Position numbers and translations under genes: made by a program. Positions 52,266-61,764 of a DNA stretch of 64,000 bases are shown here, one piece after another. The notes beneath the pieces were generated by a model. The model had not been told where the DNA came from and ran no database searches. It saw nothing but the letters and a program-made list of their open reading frames with translations. Position 1 is the first letter of the stretch, and each line of letters starts with the position of its first letter. This DNA is from Candidatus Nomurabacteria bacterium (GTDB lineage: Bacteria; Patescibacteriota; Saccharimonadia; Saccharimonadales; CAIOMD01), in assembly GCA_020631975.1 (NCBI GenBank), contig JACKGO010000008.1, positions 8,446-72,445 of the forward strand, read 5' to 3'.

Positions 52266-53297
52266 TTAGGCGAGTTCTTTTTTGAACTTTTCTATAAGAT
52301 CTACAGGTGTAGGGTTTAAGCCATTTAGCAAGCCAGTATACAGTGATACAAAATCGCCAAGCGCTACCGCCCATAATAGCTGCTGCAGATGTGTTTCGCC
52401 TACTACATCGATGACAATGGGCGCTGGGCGTTTACCGCTTATGAGTTTCGCAGACAATGCAAACCGCTTTTGCACCCTTGGGTGATCTAGGTTGCTCCGT
52501 AAATCTATAACGGTATATGGTTTGTCTATCGGATGGCTGCTCCAGCCTAAAAATTCGTTATGATTAAATTCTGGATAGGCGTTGCACCATGCTACATTTT
52601 TGGCGTTTTCGTTAAAGCTAATTTTCCATTTGTACGCAGCCGGAAACAATTCTGTGCTGCTGTATATTACGGGCGATGTTCCAATGGCATCTAAAGCTAT
52701 TTGTTTAGCATAGTTGTCCTGTGTTGGTACGTCTGGTCTCCACGACAAGACATGTTGTTTAAGCCACTCGGCGTTGCCTTGCAGTTCCTGTACTGCCGTA
52801 TGTGGCACGATGCCACCGCTTGCCAAAAGGGTAACGAGTGCGTTTAAACCATACAACGCTGCAAACCTGGGCTGACTTACTTGCGGAAGTTGCAAAAAAA
52901 GATAGTTTTTTTCTTGGGCAATATGCGCTAATGTACCACCACTTGCTATAACAGCTATCTTAGCTCCTTTTTCTTCGGCTTGGGCGAGTGCAGACAGGGT
53001 TTCTTCTGTGTTGCCAGAATAGCTAGAGGCCACGACAAGCGTGTTTGCACCTACGTATGCTGGCAGCGTGTAATTACGGCATATTTCAAACGGAATAGGA
53101 TACCCCGGCCACGTAGAACTTAAAAATGCACCAAGGGCCGACCCGCCCATACCAGCAAATACAATATTTGTTACTGCCGAATAATCTACCGGTTGCGATA
53201 CTTCAAAAGTATGAGCTATCTGCTGCCATTGTTTTTCTGCAATACCAAGAGCGTCTTGTGCATCCCTTTGGTGAATCATCTTTAAATCGTCTAACAT
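52266..53297 (-). CDS. bifunctional phosphoglucose/phosphomannose isomerase (SIS family)
   Basis: 343-aa ORF with SIS motifs (FAGMGGSALG and SSYSGNTEET). The length and C-terminal pattern fit the PGI/PMI family. Confidence 0.75.
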   Translation of the reverse strand: MLDDLKMIHQRDAQDALGIAEKQWQQIAHTFEVSQPVDYSAVTNIVFAGMGGSALGAFLSSTWPGYPIPFEICRNYTLPAYVGANTLVVASSYSGNTEETLSALAQAEEKGAKIAVIASGGTLAHIAQEKNYLFLQLPQVSQPRFAALYGLNALVTLLASGGIVPHTAVQELQGNAEWLKQHVLSWRPDVPTQDNYAKQIALDAIGTSPVIYSSTELFPAAYKWKISFNENAKNVAWCNAYPEFNHNEFLGWSSHPIDKPYTVIDLRSNLDHPRVQKRFALSAKLISGKRPAPIVIDVVGETHLQQLLWAVALGDFVSLYTGLLNGLNPTPVDLIEKFKKELA

Positions 53298-53483
53298 ATA
53301 TTTACCCTCTTTCTTGTTAGTAATTATACCCTATAACAGCAGCCCCACCAGCTTACGCATGCACCATGTTTAACTGTTTCGGCCCACAAAGTAACAGGCT
53401 GTTTATGCAAATTTATTTACACGTATGCTCTTAATTAGCTATACTGTTATGTAAGCATAACGACAATAAATAAGGGGGTGGTA

Positions 53484-53984
53484 ATGTTTGGGAGCGATAA
53501 TAACCAACAACAGGGTGTGCCAACAGGGGCGCCAATAACAAACGACGATATTATGAAAAACGGCAGCCTAGAACAGCCAGATACGGTTGCGGGCGCCAAC
53601 AATGCTAGTGACAGTGCCGTGCCATCTACGGCTGCGAGTATTTTTCCACCGCAAGTGAGTGCAGACCCATTTGGCACTGCACAGCCAGCGGCTGCATCAG
53701 ATGATGTTGCAAGCGCGTCTACGACTCAGCCAACAGAACCTGGCGATAGTAAACTACTAGACATTAAACAACAAGCGCTTCACCATCTTTCACCACTCGT
53801 AGAACACCTAGACCAGTCTGCCGAAGAAAAGTTTAAGACTACGATGATGATGATACAGGCAGCCGATGATAAATCACTAGTTCCCGCCGCCTTCGAGGCA
53901 GCAAAAGCCATAGAAGATGACAAAGCACGTGCTCAAGCCTTGCTAGATATCATCAATGAAATTAACTACTTTACCCAACAGTAA
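53484..53984 (+). CDS. hypothetical acidic protein
   Basis: The ATG at 53484 lies 5 nt after AAGGGGG. No family recognised. Confidence 0.45.
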   Translation: MFGSDNNQQQGVPTGAPITNDDIMKNGSLEQPDTVAGANNASDSAVPSTAASIFPPQVSADPFGTAQPAAASDDVASASTTQPTEPGDSKLLDIKQQALHHLSPLVEHLDQSAEEKFKTTMMMIQAADDKSLVPAAFEAAKAIEDDKARAQALLDIINEINYFTQQ

Positions 53985-54057
53985 AGTACTAAACGCCCCC
54001 AACCAAAATACTCCCTACATTGTAGGTAGTATTTTTATAGCCCCGCGCGATACTTGT

Positions 54058-54444
54058 TTATGAAAACATCTGGCTTAACATTGTGTGCTTTACTGGCTCT
54101 GTTCGGTGCGCAACTGCTTCTGTATCGGTGCGCACGTTTTGGATCTGCCCATGCATAGTGCCCATTCGCGCTTCTAAGCCACTTAACCGACGGTTAATTT
54201 GGTCAAGCTGGTTCATTATTTGTTGCATACTTGCTTGCTGCTGCCGAAACGGCTGGCCGAGCTTATCCATAAACCGATCGCGCGATGCGTCTAACGCGCG
54301 ATGCATGTCAGCTTGGCAAAACATCTTCTGAGACATCGCTCCAACCGCGTTATTGATATCGTTTTTTGTTGCTACTTGCCCCAAAATGCTGTCGCGCAGC
54401 TGCTGAATGGCATGCTGTAGCTCTTGTTTACTTAGTGGTTGCAT
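54058..54444 (-). CDS. hypothetical Q-rich coiled-coil protein
   Basis: The ATG at 54444 lies 5 nt after AAGGGGG and is preferred over the track start at 54462. Confidence 0.45.
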   Translation of the reverse strand: MQPLSKQELQHAIQQLRDSILGQVATKNDINNAVGAMSQKMFCQADMHRALDASRDRFMDKLGQPFRQQQASMQQIMNQLDQINRRLSGLEARMGTMHGQIQNVRTDTEAVAHRTEPVKHTMLSQMFS

Positions 54445-54719
54445 ATCTACCCCCTTATACACGTTAGTACCATTTGGTTTTACGCGTTTGTTTGGATATT
54501 TGGCAACGTACCAAAAAGCTAATAGATACTTATTATTAAGCTACCTCCATACTGTTAGCTTTATGTTCCCAATGTTTGTATCGTTATCCGTTAACCAGGC
54601 TGGCGATTACGGTATTATCGACTGCTATTTATTGTGAGCTTACTGCCACACGTATAAAACAGCTTTCTTACCTACATTATACCACGCAGTAGCAAATGGT
54701 ACGACGCTAATTAGCAGCT

Positions 54720-55289
54720 TTATCGCTTACGCGTAACTAAATACCTATGGTGGGCAAAACCGGCCAATACAACACTAACGGTAAAAATACCAACCAGTGA
54801 TGCTGGCCCAGTGTTGGGTACGGCTTCTGGTGTAGCTGGCCCTGTGTTAGCCAACGCTGAAGAGCTTGCATCGTTCGTTGTTTGGTTGTTCGTAGCGCCA
54901 CTACTTCCTGCACCCGTGGTAGTTCCATTAGCTTGTTCAGGTGATTCGGTATTCGTCGTATCTGTTGTCGTAGTGTCCTGTGAAGTACCATCAGTCTGGG
55001 TGGTATCGGTTGTTGTGCCACTACTTGTGTCTTGGGTAGCTGCATCGTCTTTTGGTGGTTGTTCTTGAGCTTGGTCTGATTGTTGAGTCGTGGTTACGCT
55101 AGTTTCTTGTTGAGTAAATCTACTATACGCCCAACGGCCGGCGCCGAACAGCAATAACGCTATCGCCGCTATGAAAAGTAGCGTAAAGAGTACTGACGCC
55201 AACGCCATAGGTCGCCGTGCGGTATCTGGTGCATTTAAATAATCTCGTTGTTGCCCACCGCTATTGTCTTGACGATTCATCCAGGCCAT
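54720..55289 (-). CDS. Thr-rich surface protein with a sortase-type sorting signal
   Basis: An N-terminal TM/signal anchor, a T/Q/D-rich spacer, and a C-terminal VPNTG followed by the hydrophobic stretch PASLVGIFTVSVVLAGFA and the basic tail HHRYLVTRKR. Confidence 0.55.
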   Translation of the reverse strand: MAWMNRQDNSGGQQRDYLNAPDTARRPMALASVLFTLLFIAAIALLLFGAGRWAYSRFTQQETSVTTTQQSDQAQEQPPKDDAATQDTSSGTTTDTTQTDGTSQDTTTTDTTNTESPEQANGTTTGAGSSGATNNQTTNDASSSALANTGPATPEAVPNTGPASLVGIFTVSVVLAGFAHHRYLVTRKR

Positions 55290-55372
55290 AGCTTCTCCTT
55301 ATTCTTGTAAGGTATTGTACACTAGTTATAGTTGCAATTTCAAATAATTGTTGCATAACTAAATGCTTATGT

Positions 55373-55401
55373 AAAAGACCCCTTGTGATGTACGAGGGGT
55401 C
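55373..55401 (-). terminator. Rho-independent terminator after groEL
   Basis: GACCCCU...AGGGGUC hairpin flanked by an A-run on one side and a U-run on the other, so it could act bidirectionally. Confidence 0.6.
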
Positions 55402-55434
55402 TTTCTTGTGTAGCAACTCTTAGCCGAGCAAGTG

Positions 55435-57075
55435 CTACATCATACCACCCATGGCTCCCATATCTGGAGCAGCAGGTGCGGCTTTTTCTGGTATTTCTAC
55501 TACAAGTGCGCCCATTGTCATGGTGGTACCAGCTATAGATACCGCATTCTGGACTGCTTCTTTAGTAACGCGTGCTGGGTCAATAATACCAGCAGCTTTT
55601 AGATCAACAAGTTTATTTGGTTTGTTGACATCAATGCCCTGCCCAGCCTTGGCTAAGCGTACTTGTGGTAACCACTCATCGGCGTTTAAGCCAGAGTTCG
55701 TAAGTAAAATACGGAATGGTTGTTCAAGCGCGTTCTTTAGTAGCTGCTTGCCAGCAGATTCAGCATCGGTACCAGTAACCTTAACAACAGCTGCAGCATT
55801 TACTAATGTAACGCCTCCACCAGATACAATACCTTCATCTAGCGCTGCTTTAACGGCAGCAACGGCGTCATCTACGCGGTATTTCTTTTCTTCAATCTCG
55901 GTTTCTGTGGCACCACCAACTTTAATAACAGCTACTTTTCCTTTAAGGGCAGCACGGCGCTTATCGAGGTTTTCTTTTTCGTATTCACTAGTAGCAGCGT
56001 CTGCTTGAGCACCAATTTGCTTAATACGGGCATCAACCTCTACTGGGTTACCAGAACCTTCTATGATTGTTGTGTCGTCTTTGGTAACAATGATTTTACG
56101 AGCACTACCAACAAAACTTAGGTCTGCGTTTTCAAAGGTGTGACCTTGTTCTTCTGTAATAACCGTTGCACCAGTAAGAATAGCAATATCTTGTAATATA
56201 TCTTTACGGCGGTCACCAAAAGCTGGCGCCTTAACTGCAACAGTGTTAAATACACCTTTTAGTTTATTCAGTACCAATGTTGCCAACGCTTCTGCTTCTA
56301 CATCCTCTGCAACAAGCACTAAATCTTTTTTACCTGCTTGGGCAAGCTTTTCTAGCATGGGGAGAAATTCTTGTACGCTAGTGATCTTTTTATCAGTTAC
56401 AACAATAGCTGGTTTTTCGTATACAGCTTCCATGCGGTTTGGGTCAGTCACAAAATACGGGCTCACAAAACCACGGTCTATGGTAAAGCCTTCTACAACT
56501 TCACTCTCAAGGCCAAGCCCCTGCCCTTGTTCTACAGTTACGACACCGTCTTTACCAACCTTGGCAATCACGTCTGCAATAAGCGCGCCAATTTCACTAT
56601 CGCCCGCGCTAATGGTAGCTACTTCTGCAACACGTTTTTTATCGTCTTTAATGTCTTCTGCTACGCCAGAAAGTTCTTTAATAACTTCGTGAGCAGCCGA
56701 TTCTAAACCTTTACGTAGTTGCATTGGGTTATGGCCAGCAGCAATGAGCTTGTTGGCTTCGCTTAAGATGTGGTAGGTAAGAACGGTTACAGTAGTGGTA
56801 CCATCACCTGCCATGTCATTCATTTTGTTCGCAGCTTGTTTAATAAGTTCTGCACCAACCTTGTAGCCTAATGTCTCGTCGTCTTCTTCTGGCAAGTCTA
56901 CACCTTTGGCAACAGTAACACCGTCGTGCGTGACACTGGGAGCGCCATAGCTCTTGCTAATAACCACATTCCGGCCTTTAGGGCCCATGGTGGTCTTTAC
57001 TGCGTTATATAATACTTCTGCACCAGCCAGCACTCTGCGGCGAGCATCTTCATCATAAAAAACTCTTTTTGCCAT
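55435..57075 (-). CDS. groL: chaperonin GroEL
   Basis: 546-aa ORF with the full-length Cpn60 pattern and the C-terminal GGM repeat tail (MGAMGGMM). Confidence 0.97.
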   Translation of the reverse strand: MAKRVFYDEDARRRVLAGAEVLYNAVKTTMGPKGRNVVISKSYGAPSVTHDGVTVAKGVDLPEEDDETLGYKVGAELIKQAANKMNDMAGDGTTTVTVLTYHILSEANKLIAAGHNPMQLRKGLESAAHEVIKELSGVAEDIKDDKKRVAEVATISAGDSEIGALIADVIAKVGKDGVVTVEQGQGLGLESEVVEGFTIDRGFVSPYFVTDPNRMEAVYEKPAIVVTDKKITSVQEFLPMLEKLAQAGKKDLVLVAEDVEAEALATLVLNKLKGVFNTVAVKAPAFGDRRKDILQDIAILTGATVITEEQGHTFENADLSFVGSARKIIVTKDDTTIIEGSGNPVEVDARIKQIGAQADAATSEYEKENLDKRRAALKGKVAVIKVGGATETEIEEKKYRVDDAVAAVKAALDEGIVSGGGVTLVNAAAVVKVTGTDAESAGKQLLKNALEQPFRILLTNSGLNADEWLPQVRLAKAGQGIDVNKPNKLVDLKAAGIIDPARVTKEAVQNAVSIAGTTMTMGALVVEIPEKAAPAAPDMGAMGGMM

Positions 57076-57155
57076 TTATAATCTCCTTGGTTTATTTACT
57101 ATTGAATCGTCAGTAAATGAGTTTACGTAAACTACTCACTACCTTTTTATCTTGC

Positions 57156-57422
57156 TTACTTAACGGTGGCTAAAATGTCTTCTTCGTCAATAATTAAATA
57201 CTCAACGCCGTCTACTTTTACATCTGTAGAACTGTAACTTTTGTATATAATACGGTCGCCAGCTTTTATGCCATCTACTTTTTTACCAACAGCAAGTACT
57301 TTTGCAGTTTTAGGCTTTTCTGCTGCTTTTTCTGGCAGGTACAAACCGCTGGCGGTCTTACTTTCTGCTTCTTCTTGCTGAGCAACGACATAGTCAGCAA
57401 GTGGGTGTATTGGTACGCTCAT
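57156..57422 (-). CDS. groS: co-chaperonin GroES
   Basis: The ATG at 57422 lies 6 nt after GGAGG and gives MSVPIHPLADYVVAQQEE..., matching the Cpn10 family. Confidence 0.9.
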   Translation of the reverse strand: MSVPIHPLADYVVAQQEEAESKTASGLYLPEKAAEKPKTAKVLAVGKKVDGIKAGDRIIYKSYSSTDVKVDGVEYLIIDEEDILATVK

Positions 57423-57456
57423 TGTTTCCTCCATAATTATCAGTTATACATATATA

Positions 57457-57483
57457 TTAGCACTCTAATGTCCTAAGTGCTAA
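57457..57483. promoter_or_regulatory. CIRCE operator (HrcA binding site) upstream of groES
   Basis: TTAGCACTC-N9-AAGTGCTAA. There is one mismatch to the consensus TTAGCACTC-N9-GAGTGCTAA. Confidence 0.8.
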
Positions 57484-57522
57484 TATATCGTACCTCAGTT
57501 TGTTTTTAAGCGTCAAGACTTT

Positions 57523-58206
57523 TTAAGTTTGGCGACTAATCTCTGAGCCAGACGCATCTACAGTAACGCGAAAGTGCGGTACAAGATCTAGGTTGCGCAA
57601 GTCTTGCCTTAAACGCGCTACGAGCGCTGCAGCGGTGTCTAGTGGGGCAAAATGTGGAGCATAAATAAAGTCAAACGTTGTTTCTGGAGTATGTGCGTTA
57701 TTGATATCGAGCTGGGCCTTGCGTACACCTTCTGCTGATATTTCATGACAACTTTCTGAATCATCGCCTACATTCCAATACACATAAATTGACTTGTCGG
57801 AAAGGTCAATATCACTAATATCTGTGGTGCGGTCTACGGTAAATTCATCTTGTGTTGGAATGGCAATAATTATTTCTGTTGTACTATTCACCTGGTGACT
57901 CGGCGCTGTATTATGTACGTTTTTAAACCGTAGTAATATGGTTGGGCGGTAATCTTCACCCCGTTGTGCTAAATGTTCGTCTTGATCTGACGTTACTACG
58001 TAGTGGTCAAACGTATAGGTAGCTTTACCGCGCGCGAAAGCAGCTTGCATGTTGGTGTACTGATCTTGATTTTCTTGCAAGGCAATATCTAGGAAAGTAT
58101 AGACAGTTTCAATCAGGCGATTCCGTGCCTCAAACGCTTCGGCAGAGAGTTGTCTTTCTTGTTCGCTATTAAACTGAGTTATCGCTTCATTTGCTCCACT
58201 AGTCAT
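57523..58206 (-). CDS. hypothetical protein
   Basis: 227-aa product if started at the ATG at 58206, which lies 7 nt after the -10 TCTAAT. The track start at 58212 abuts the -10 hexamer. Confidence 0.5.
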   Translation of the reverse strand: MTSGANEAITQFNSEQERQLSAEAFEARNRLIETVYTFLDIALQENQDQYTNMQAAFARGKATYTFDHYVVTSDQDEHLAQRGEDYRPTILLRFKNVHNTAPSHQVNSTTEIIIAIPTQDEFTVDRTTDISDIDLSDKSIYVYWNVGDDSESCHEISAEGVRKAQLDINNAHTPETTFDFIYAPHFAPLDTAAALVARLRQDLRNLDLVPHFRVTVDASGSEISRQT

Positions 58207-58212
58207 AAACAT

Positions 58213-58241
58213 ATTAGAACAAAATATATTTTATTTGTCAA
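58213..58241 (-). promoter_or_regulatory. promoter of 57523..58206 (leaderless configuration)
   Basis: Minus strand: TTGACA - 17 nt - TCTAAT. Confidence 0.5.
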
Positions 58242-58329
58242 TTTATTTAAAATAGTGTATAACAGTACACAGCTTGTGAGCAATCCCGCTCGCAAGTGTA
58301 CCTACAATGATACAAGGAGGTAGATACCT

Positions 58330-58860
58330 TTGAAGGTACTACCAGAAGTCAACGTCCAGCAGGGAGAGTTGTCGTTCAACGTTAGTGAGCTACAACTCAC
58401 CAGCGAAGAGCTCACGAGGCTGCTCAGTCGATTGCAAAAAATTGGTGGGTGGCGTGGCAACCCTACTCTGAAGAATGGAGTGATCCGAGTACAGCCGGCA
58501 AGCACGGTGATCGGACAAGTCGATCGGCTCCGGGAGAAGGTGGAGCGCGTCATCGCTCGATGCTCGCGTGAAGCAGAGCTGTACAAGCTTGACCCACGTA
58601 CGTACATCACGTGGGTCAAGGGCAACCGCTACACTGTTCGGTTGCTGACGGCGTTTGGTCTTGGCGAGGAAGACGTCCGTGAGCTAGCCGCAACGTTGCG
58701 CTCGAACCGCAAGGTGATGGACGTGAAGGTAGTGGACGCGAGGGTGGGACGCGATGGCGAGCTGACCATCACCACTCACGGGCACCAACGTGACGAGAAG
58801 CTGATGAGTGACCTGCAAGGGACAATCATCACTGTGGCTGCGTGCAGGCACGCAGTCTAG
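58330..58860 (+). CDS. hypothetical protein in a G+C-rich islet
   Basis: 176-aa ORF with a TTG start 9 nt after AAGGAGG. Its own promoter is TTGTGA-N19-TACAAT. Long hairpins follow the stop. Confidence 0.5.
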   Translation: MKVLPEVNVQQGELSFNVSELQLTSEELTRLLSRLQKIGGWRGNPTLKNGVIRVQPASTVIGQVDRLREKVERVIARCSREAELYKLDPRTYITWVKGNRYTVRLLTAFGLGEEDVRELAATLRSNRKVMDVKVVDARVGRDGELTITTHGHQRDEKLMSDLQGTIITVAACRHAV

Positions 58861-59077
58861 GGGCAAGGTTTGTGGCAAGAGGGCTGCGAGATGCAATACA
58901 CTCGTGGCCCTCTTGGCCACCCTCTGTAGTATCATATAAGCCCGATAGCAACTGTTAGCCCGCGCATATTAACACGCAGGTGCAAAAACAGAGCCTATCG
59001 GGCTTTTCGCATCTGTAATAAATTGACTTTATTTTAGTAATGTGCTATATTAATACTACTTAATAACAATATTAAAA

Positions 59078-59980
59078 ATGACACAAATACGTACACCAGA
59101 ACTAGTAAATACAAAAGCTGAAACACTCTTTAGACAACAAGTGAGGGGTGGTATACAGGTTGCGAATCAAGCGCACCCGTACTTAGCTACAAGGGGATTT
59201 TATGGTTCTATAGACACTATTACGCAGATGAATATTCCTGACTTAGCGAAAGCTACTGCCGCTCTATTACTAGCAATTCCTAATTTGGCACGTATGGTTG
59301 CGAGTAACGGTGGTGATGTGTCTATTTGCTCAACAATGCACACAGCCATGGGCACGTTAATGGATAGCTCATACCAAACAAGTATCACAAAAAATAATGT
59401 ACTTAGTATGTGTATGGACTTTAATAAACAACAGAATATCTGTACTGGAGAGGCAATCAAAAATCTAGAAGAGCAACTACTAGCAGATCTTGCGGGTGTC
59501 TGGCATGAGCATTCATGGGAGAATTTACTCATAGCTGCCGACATCAATGTAGAACGAGCAAACAGAGGTGAGGATTTGGCTGGTACAGACTTATGGTTAC
59601 AGCTACTTGATGCACAAAAGTGGGTGTCTGTAGATATTAAGGCTCGGCCAGAAACAATATTGCGGCATGCTCATAAAAAAGGCTACGAAATAACTGACGA
59701 TTATACCTTCGATGCGCATGGAGTTACAGCTCAAGATTTTGAACTTTATATTGCTGCCTCAACCGAACATCGCACAGCCTACCTGTCATTCAATAACCCA
59801 CCCGGTAGTGACGGTTTAGCGCCCATTGACTTTAGGGGGAACCACAATGCCATCGTCGCCAGTAGAGACATATTTGCAACCTTGCAATATTACGAAGATA
59901 GCGGCTTAATAAAGCCATATCGACAATTAGAAACAACAGACGGCACACATTACGTACCCTTTGATAGGAGAATAAACTAA
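59078..59980 (+). CDS. hypothetical protein with a possible PD-(D/E)xK nuclease-like motif
   Basis: 300-aa ORF. The arrangement EHSWE...GTDLWLQLLDAQKWVSVDIKAR fits E...D...(D/E)xK spacing. The promoter upstream is TTGACT-17-TGcTATATT. Confidence 0.45.
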   Translation: MTQIRTPELVNTKAETLFRQQVRGGIQVANQAHPYLATRGFYGSIDTITQMNIPDLAKATAALLLAIPNLARMVASNGGDVSICSTMHTAMGTLMDSSYQTSITKNNVLSMCMDFNKQQNICTGEAIKNLEEQLLADLAGVWHEHSWENLLIAADINVERANRGEDLAGTDLWLQLLDAQKWVSVDIKARPETILRHAHKKGYEITDDYTFDAHGVTAQDFELYIAASTEHRTAYLSFNNPPGSDGLAPIDFRGNHNAIVASRDIFATLQYYEDSGLIKPYRQLETTDGTHYVPFDRRIN

Positions 59981-60336
59981 TGCCAGAAGTGTATATTGTT
60001 ACCAAAATAGGAAATGGAAACACTAACTTATTTAAGAGTATACTAGAGAAAATAGGTCAAAATGAAGCTGTACCACTTCTCGTGCGTACCCTTGGAGAGA
60101 CGGGCCTCAAAAACGCGGATTTATTTGTTAATAATATTTTTATAACGCAAGAAAATGACCCGTTTACTGTACCTGACGAACACCCTGGACCGATGCCTAT
60201 AATCTATATAGCCACAGGTGTAGCGGCACTACAAGGCGAAGATCTAAGATCTGCTAGCTTAACTATTCATGGGCAACCATCAGACACTACACCCCAATGC
60301 GAGCTAGAGCTTGCCGATAAAAACAGTTTAAGTTAA
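59980..60336 (+). CDS. hypothetical protein, translationally coupled to the 300-aa ORF
   Basis: The TAATG overlap shares 1 nt between the stop and the start. 118-aa ORF with no family recognised. Confidence 0.45.
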   Translation: MPEVYIVTKIGNGNTNLFKSILEKIGQNEAVPLLVRTLGETGLKNADLFVNNIFITQENDPFTVPDEHPGPMPIIYIATGVAALQGEDLRSASLTIHGQPSDTTPQCELELADKNSLS

Positions 60337-60337
60337 A

Positions 60338-61651
60338 TTACCCTAATAATTCTGTAAGGAGTTCTTTGGCGACGACGCGTTCATCCCACGGTTGTTTTTT
60401 GCCACCCATATTGCGGTAATCTTGGTGCCCTATACCCGCAAGCACCACAGCATCGCCTGCTTTGGCGTCTTTAAGAGCTTGCAAAATAGCAGCTTTACGG
60501 TCTGCAATTTCAAAATACACTGCATCTGACGCTGCGGCTTCTATACCCTGCTTTACGGCACTACGTATAGCGTCTCCATCTTCTGTATATGTTTCATCAT
60601 CAGTTAAATACACAATATCAGCATTTTGCATCGCTACCTTGCCCATATCTGGGCGTTTTGTGGGGTCTCTATCGCCCGTCGCTCCAAATACAACGCGAAG
60701 TTTACCACGCGTAATACCCCGCACTGCTTGAAGCACGTTCTTTAATGCATCAGGCGTATGGGCGTAATCTACCAACACTGCAAAATCTTGGCCAGCGACT
60801 ACAGGTTCTAGGCGACCTGCCACAACCGCTAAATTACCAATACCGGTGGCAATGGCTTTTTTATCTAATCCAATAATTACCCCTACGGTTACAGCCATGG
60901 CAGCATTGTAGACATTGAATTCCCCTACCATTGGCATAGACACATCAGTGCGACCGAGCTTGCTCACAACTGAAAATGAGGTTCCTTCTGGAGTAAGTTG
61001 CATCTCTTTAATTTGGTCTGTGGCATTATGCAGGCCAACACTATGCAAATGTTTTTTGACTTTCCTACCAAAGTATTCAAACCACTCATCGTCGGCATTA
61101 AGCACAACGTCTTTTGGCTGAAATTCGGTAATTAAACGTGCCTTTGCCGCTGCGTAGTTATCCATAGTTTTATGGTAATCGAGATGATCTTGGCTAAGGT
61201 TTGTAACGACTGCTATGTCTACATTTACTCCATAAATTCTATGTTGATCAAGCGCATGACTAGTGACTTCTAACACAACCCAGTCTACCTTGGCATTTTT
61301 AGCCTTTTTGAAAAACTTTTGTACGCTCCATGGGCTGGCAACAGTCATGTGTGTTGTATTATCTTGGTAGTTACCTGCCACCTCTGTAAAAGCCGTAGTG
61401 TAAACCGCTGTTTTTAAGCCACTTTGCTTTAACATGGCGTTTATAAATGCACAGGTTGTTGTTTTGCCATTTGTACCAGTAACGGCGATGACCTTAGCTG
61501 CTTTGGGTGCCTTACCATATAGCGCATATGCTGTTTTTGCCTTGCCGAGCCGATACGTTTCTTCGGCACGAGAAAGCCGTTGTTTTGGTATAATTTTTCT
61601 TGCTAATTTTTTTACACTACTCATATACAACATATAATACCGTAAATACAC
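60338..61651 (-). CDS. murE: Mur ligase family protein (MurE-like)
   Basis: The ATP-binding motif VIAVTGTNGKTTT and the central and C-terminal Mur ligase domains are present. The usual DNPR specificity motif is replaced by DDETYTED. The true start may be an internal Met. Confidence 0.75.
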   Translation of the reverse strand: MYLRYYMLYMSSVKKLARKIIPKQRLSRAEETYRLGKAKTAYALYGKAPKAAKVIAVTGTNGKTTTCAFINAMLKQSGLKTAVYTTAFTEVAGNYQDNTTHMTVASPWSVQKFFKKAKNAKVDWVVLEVTSHALDQHRIYGVNVDIAVVTNLSQDHLDYHKTMDNYAAAKARLITEFQPKDVVLNADDEWFEYFGRKVKKHLHSVGLHNATDQIKEMQLTPEGTSFSVVSKLGRTDVSMPMVGEFNVYNAAMAVTVGVIIGLDKKAIATGIGNLAVVAGRLEPVVAGQDFAVLVDYAHTPDALKNVLQAVRGITRGKLRVVFGATGDRDPTKRPDMGKVAMQNADIVYLTDDETYTEDGDAIRSAVKQGIEAAASDAVYFEIADRKAAILQALKDAKAGDAVVLAGIGHQDYRNMGGKKQPWDERVVAKELLTELLG

Positions 61652-61764
61652 AGTGGATGTTAGGGTTCACATAAAGATTCTAGGTATAAAGATGTCGGGC
61701 TTCTTGCCCTAAAGACCAAGCTAACGCTTTTAGCACACAACCGTTCGCTGTATACTAATAGCCG

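Noticed and set aside
58801-58835. CUGAUGAG on the plus strand inside the 176-aa ORF; similar heptamers occur at about 21486 and about 1373 (minus).
   Set aside because: No stem II hairpin followed by GAAA, and no stem I or III partners. These are chance heptamers inside coding sequence.
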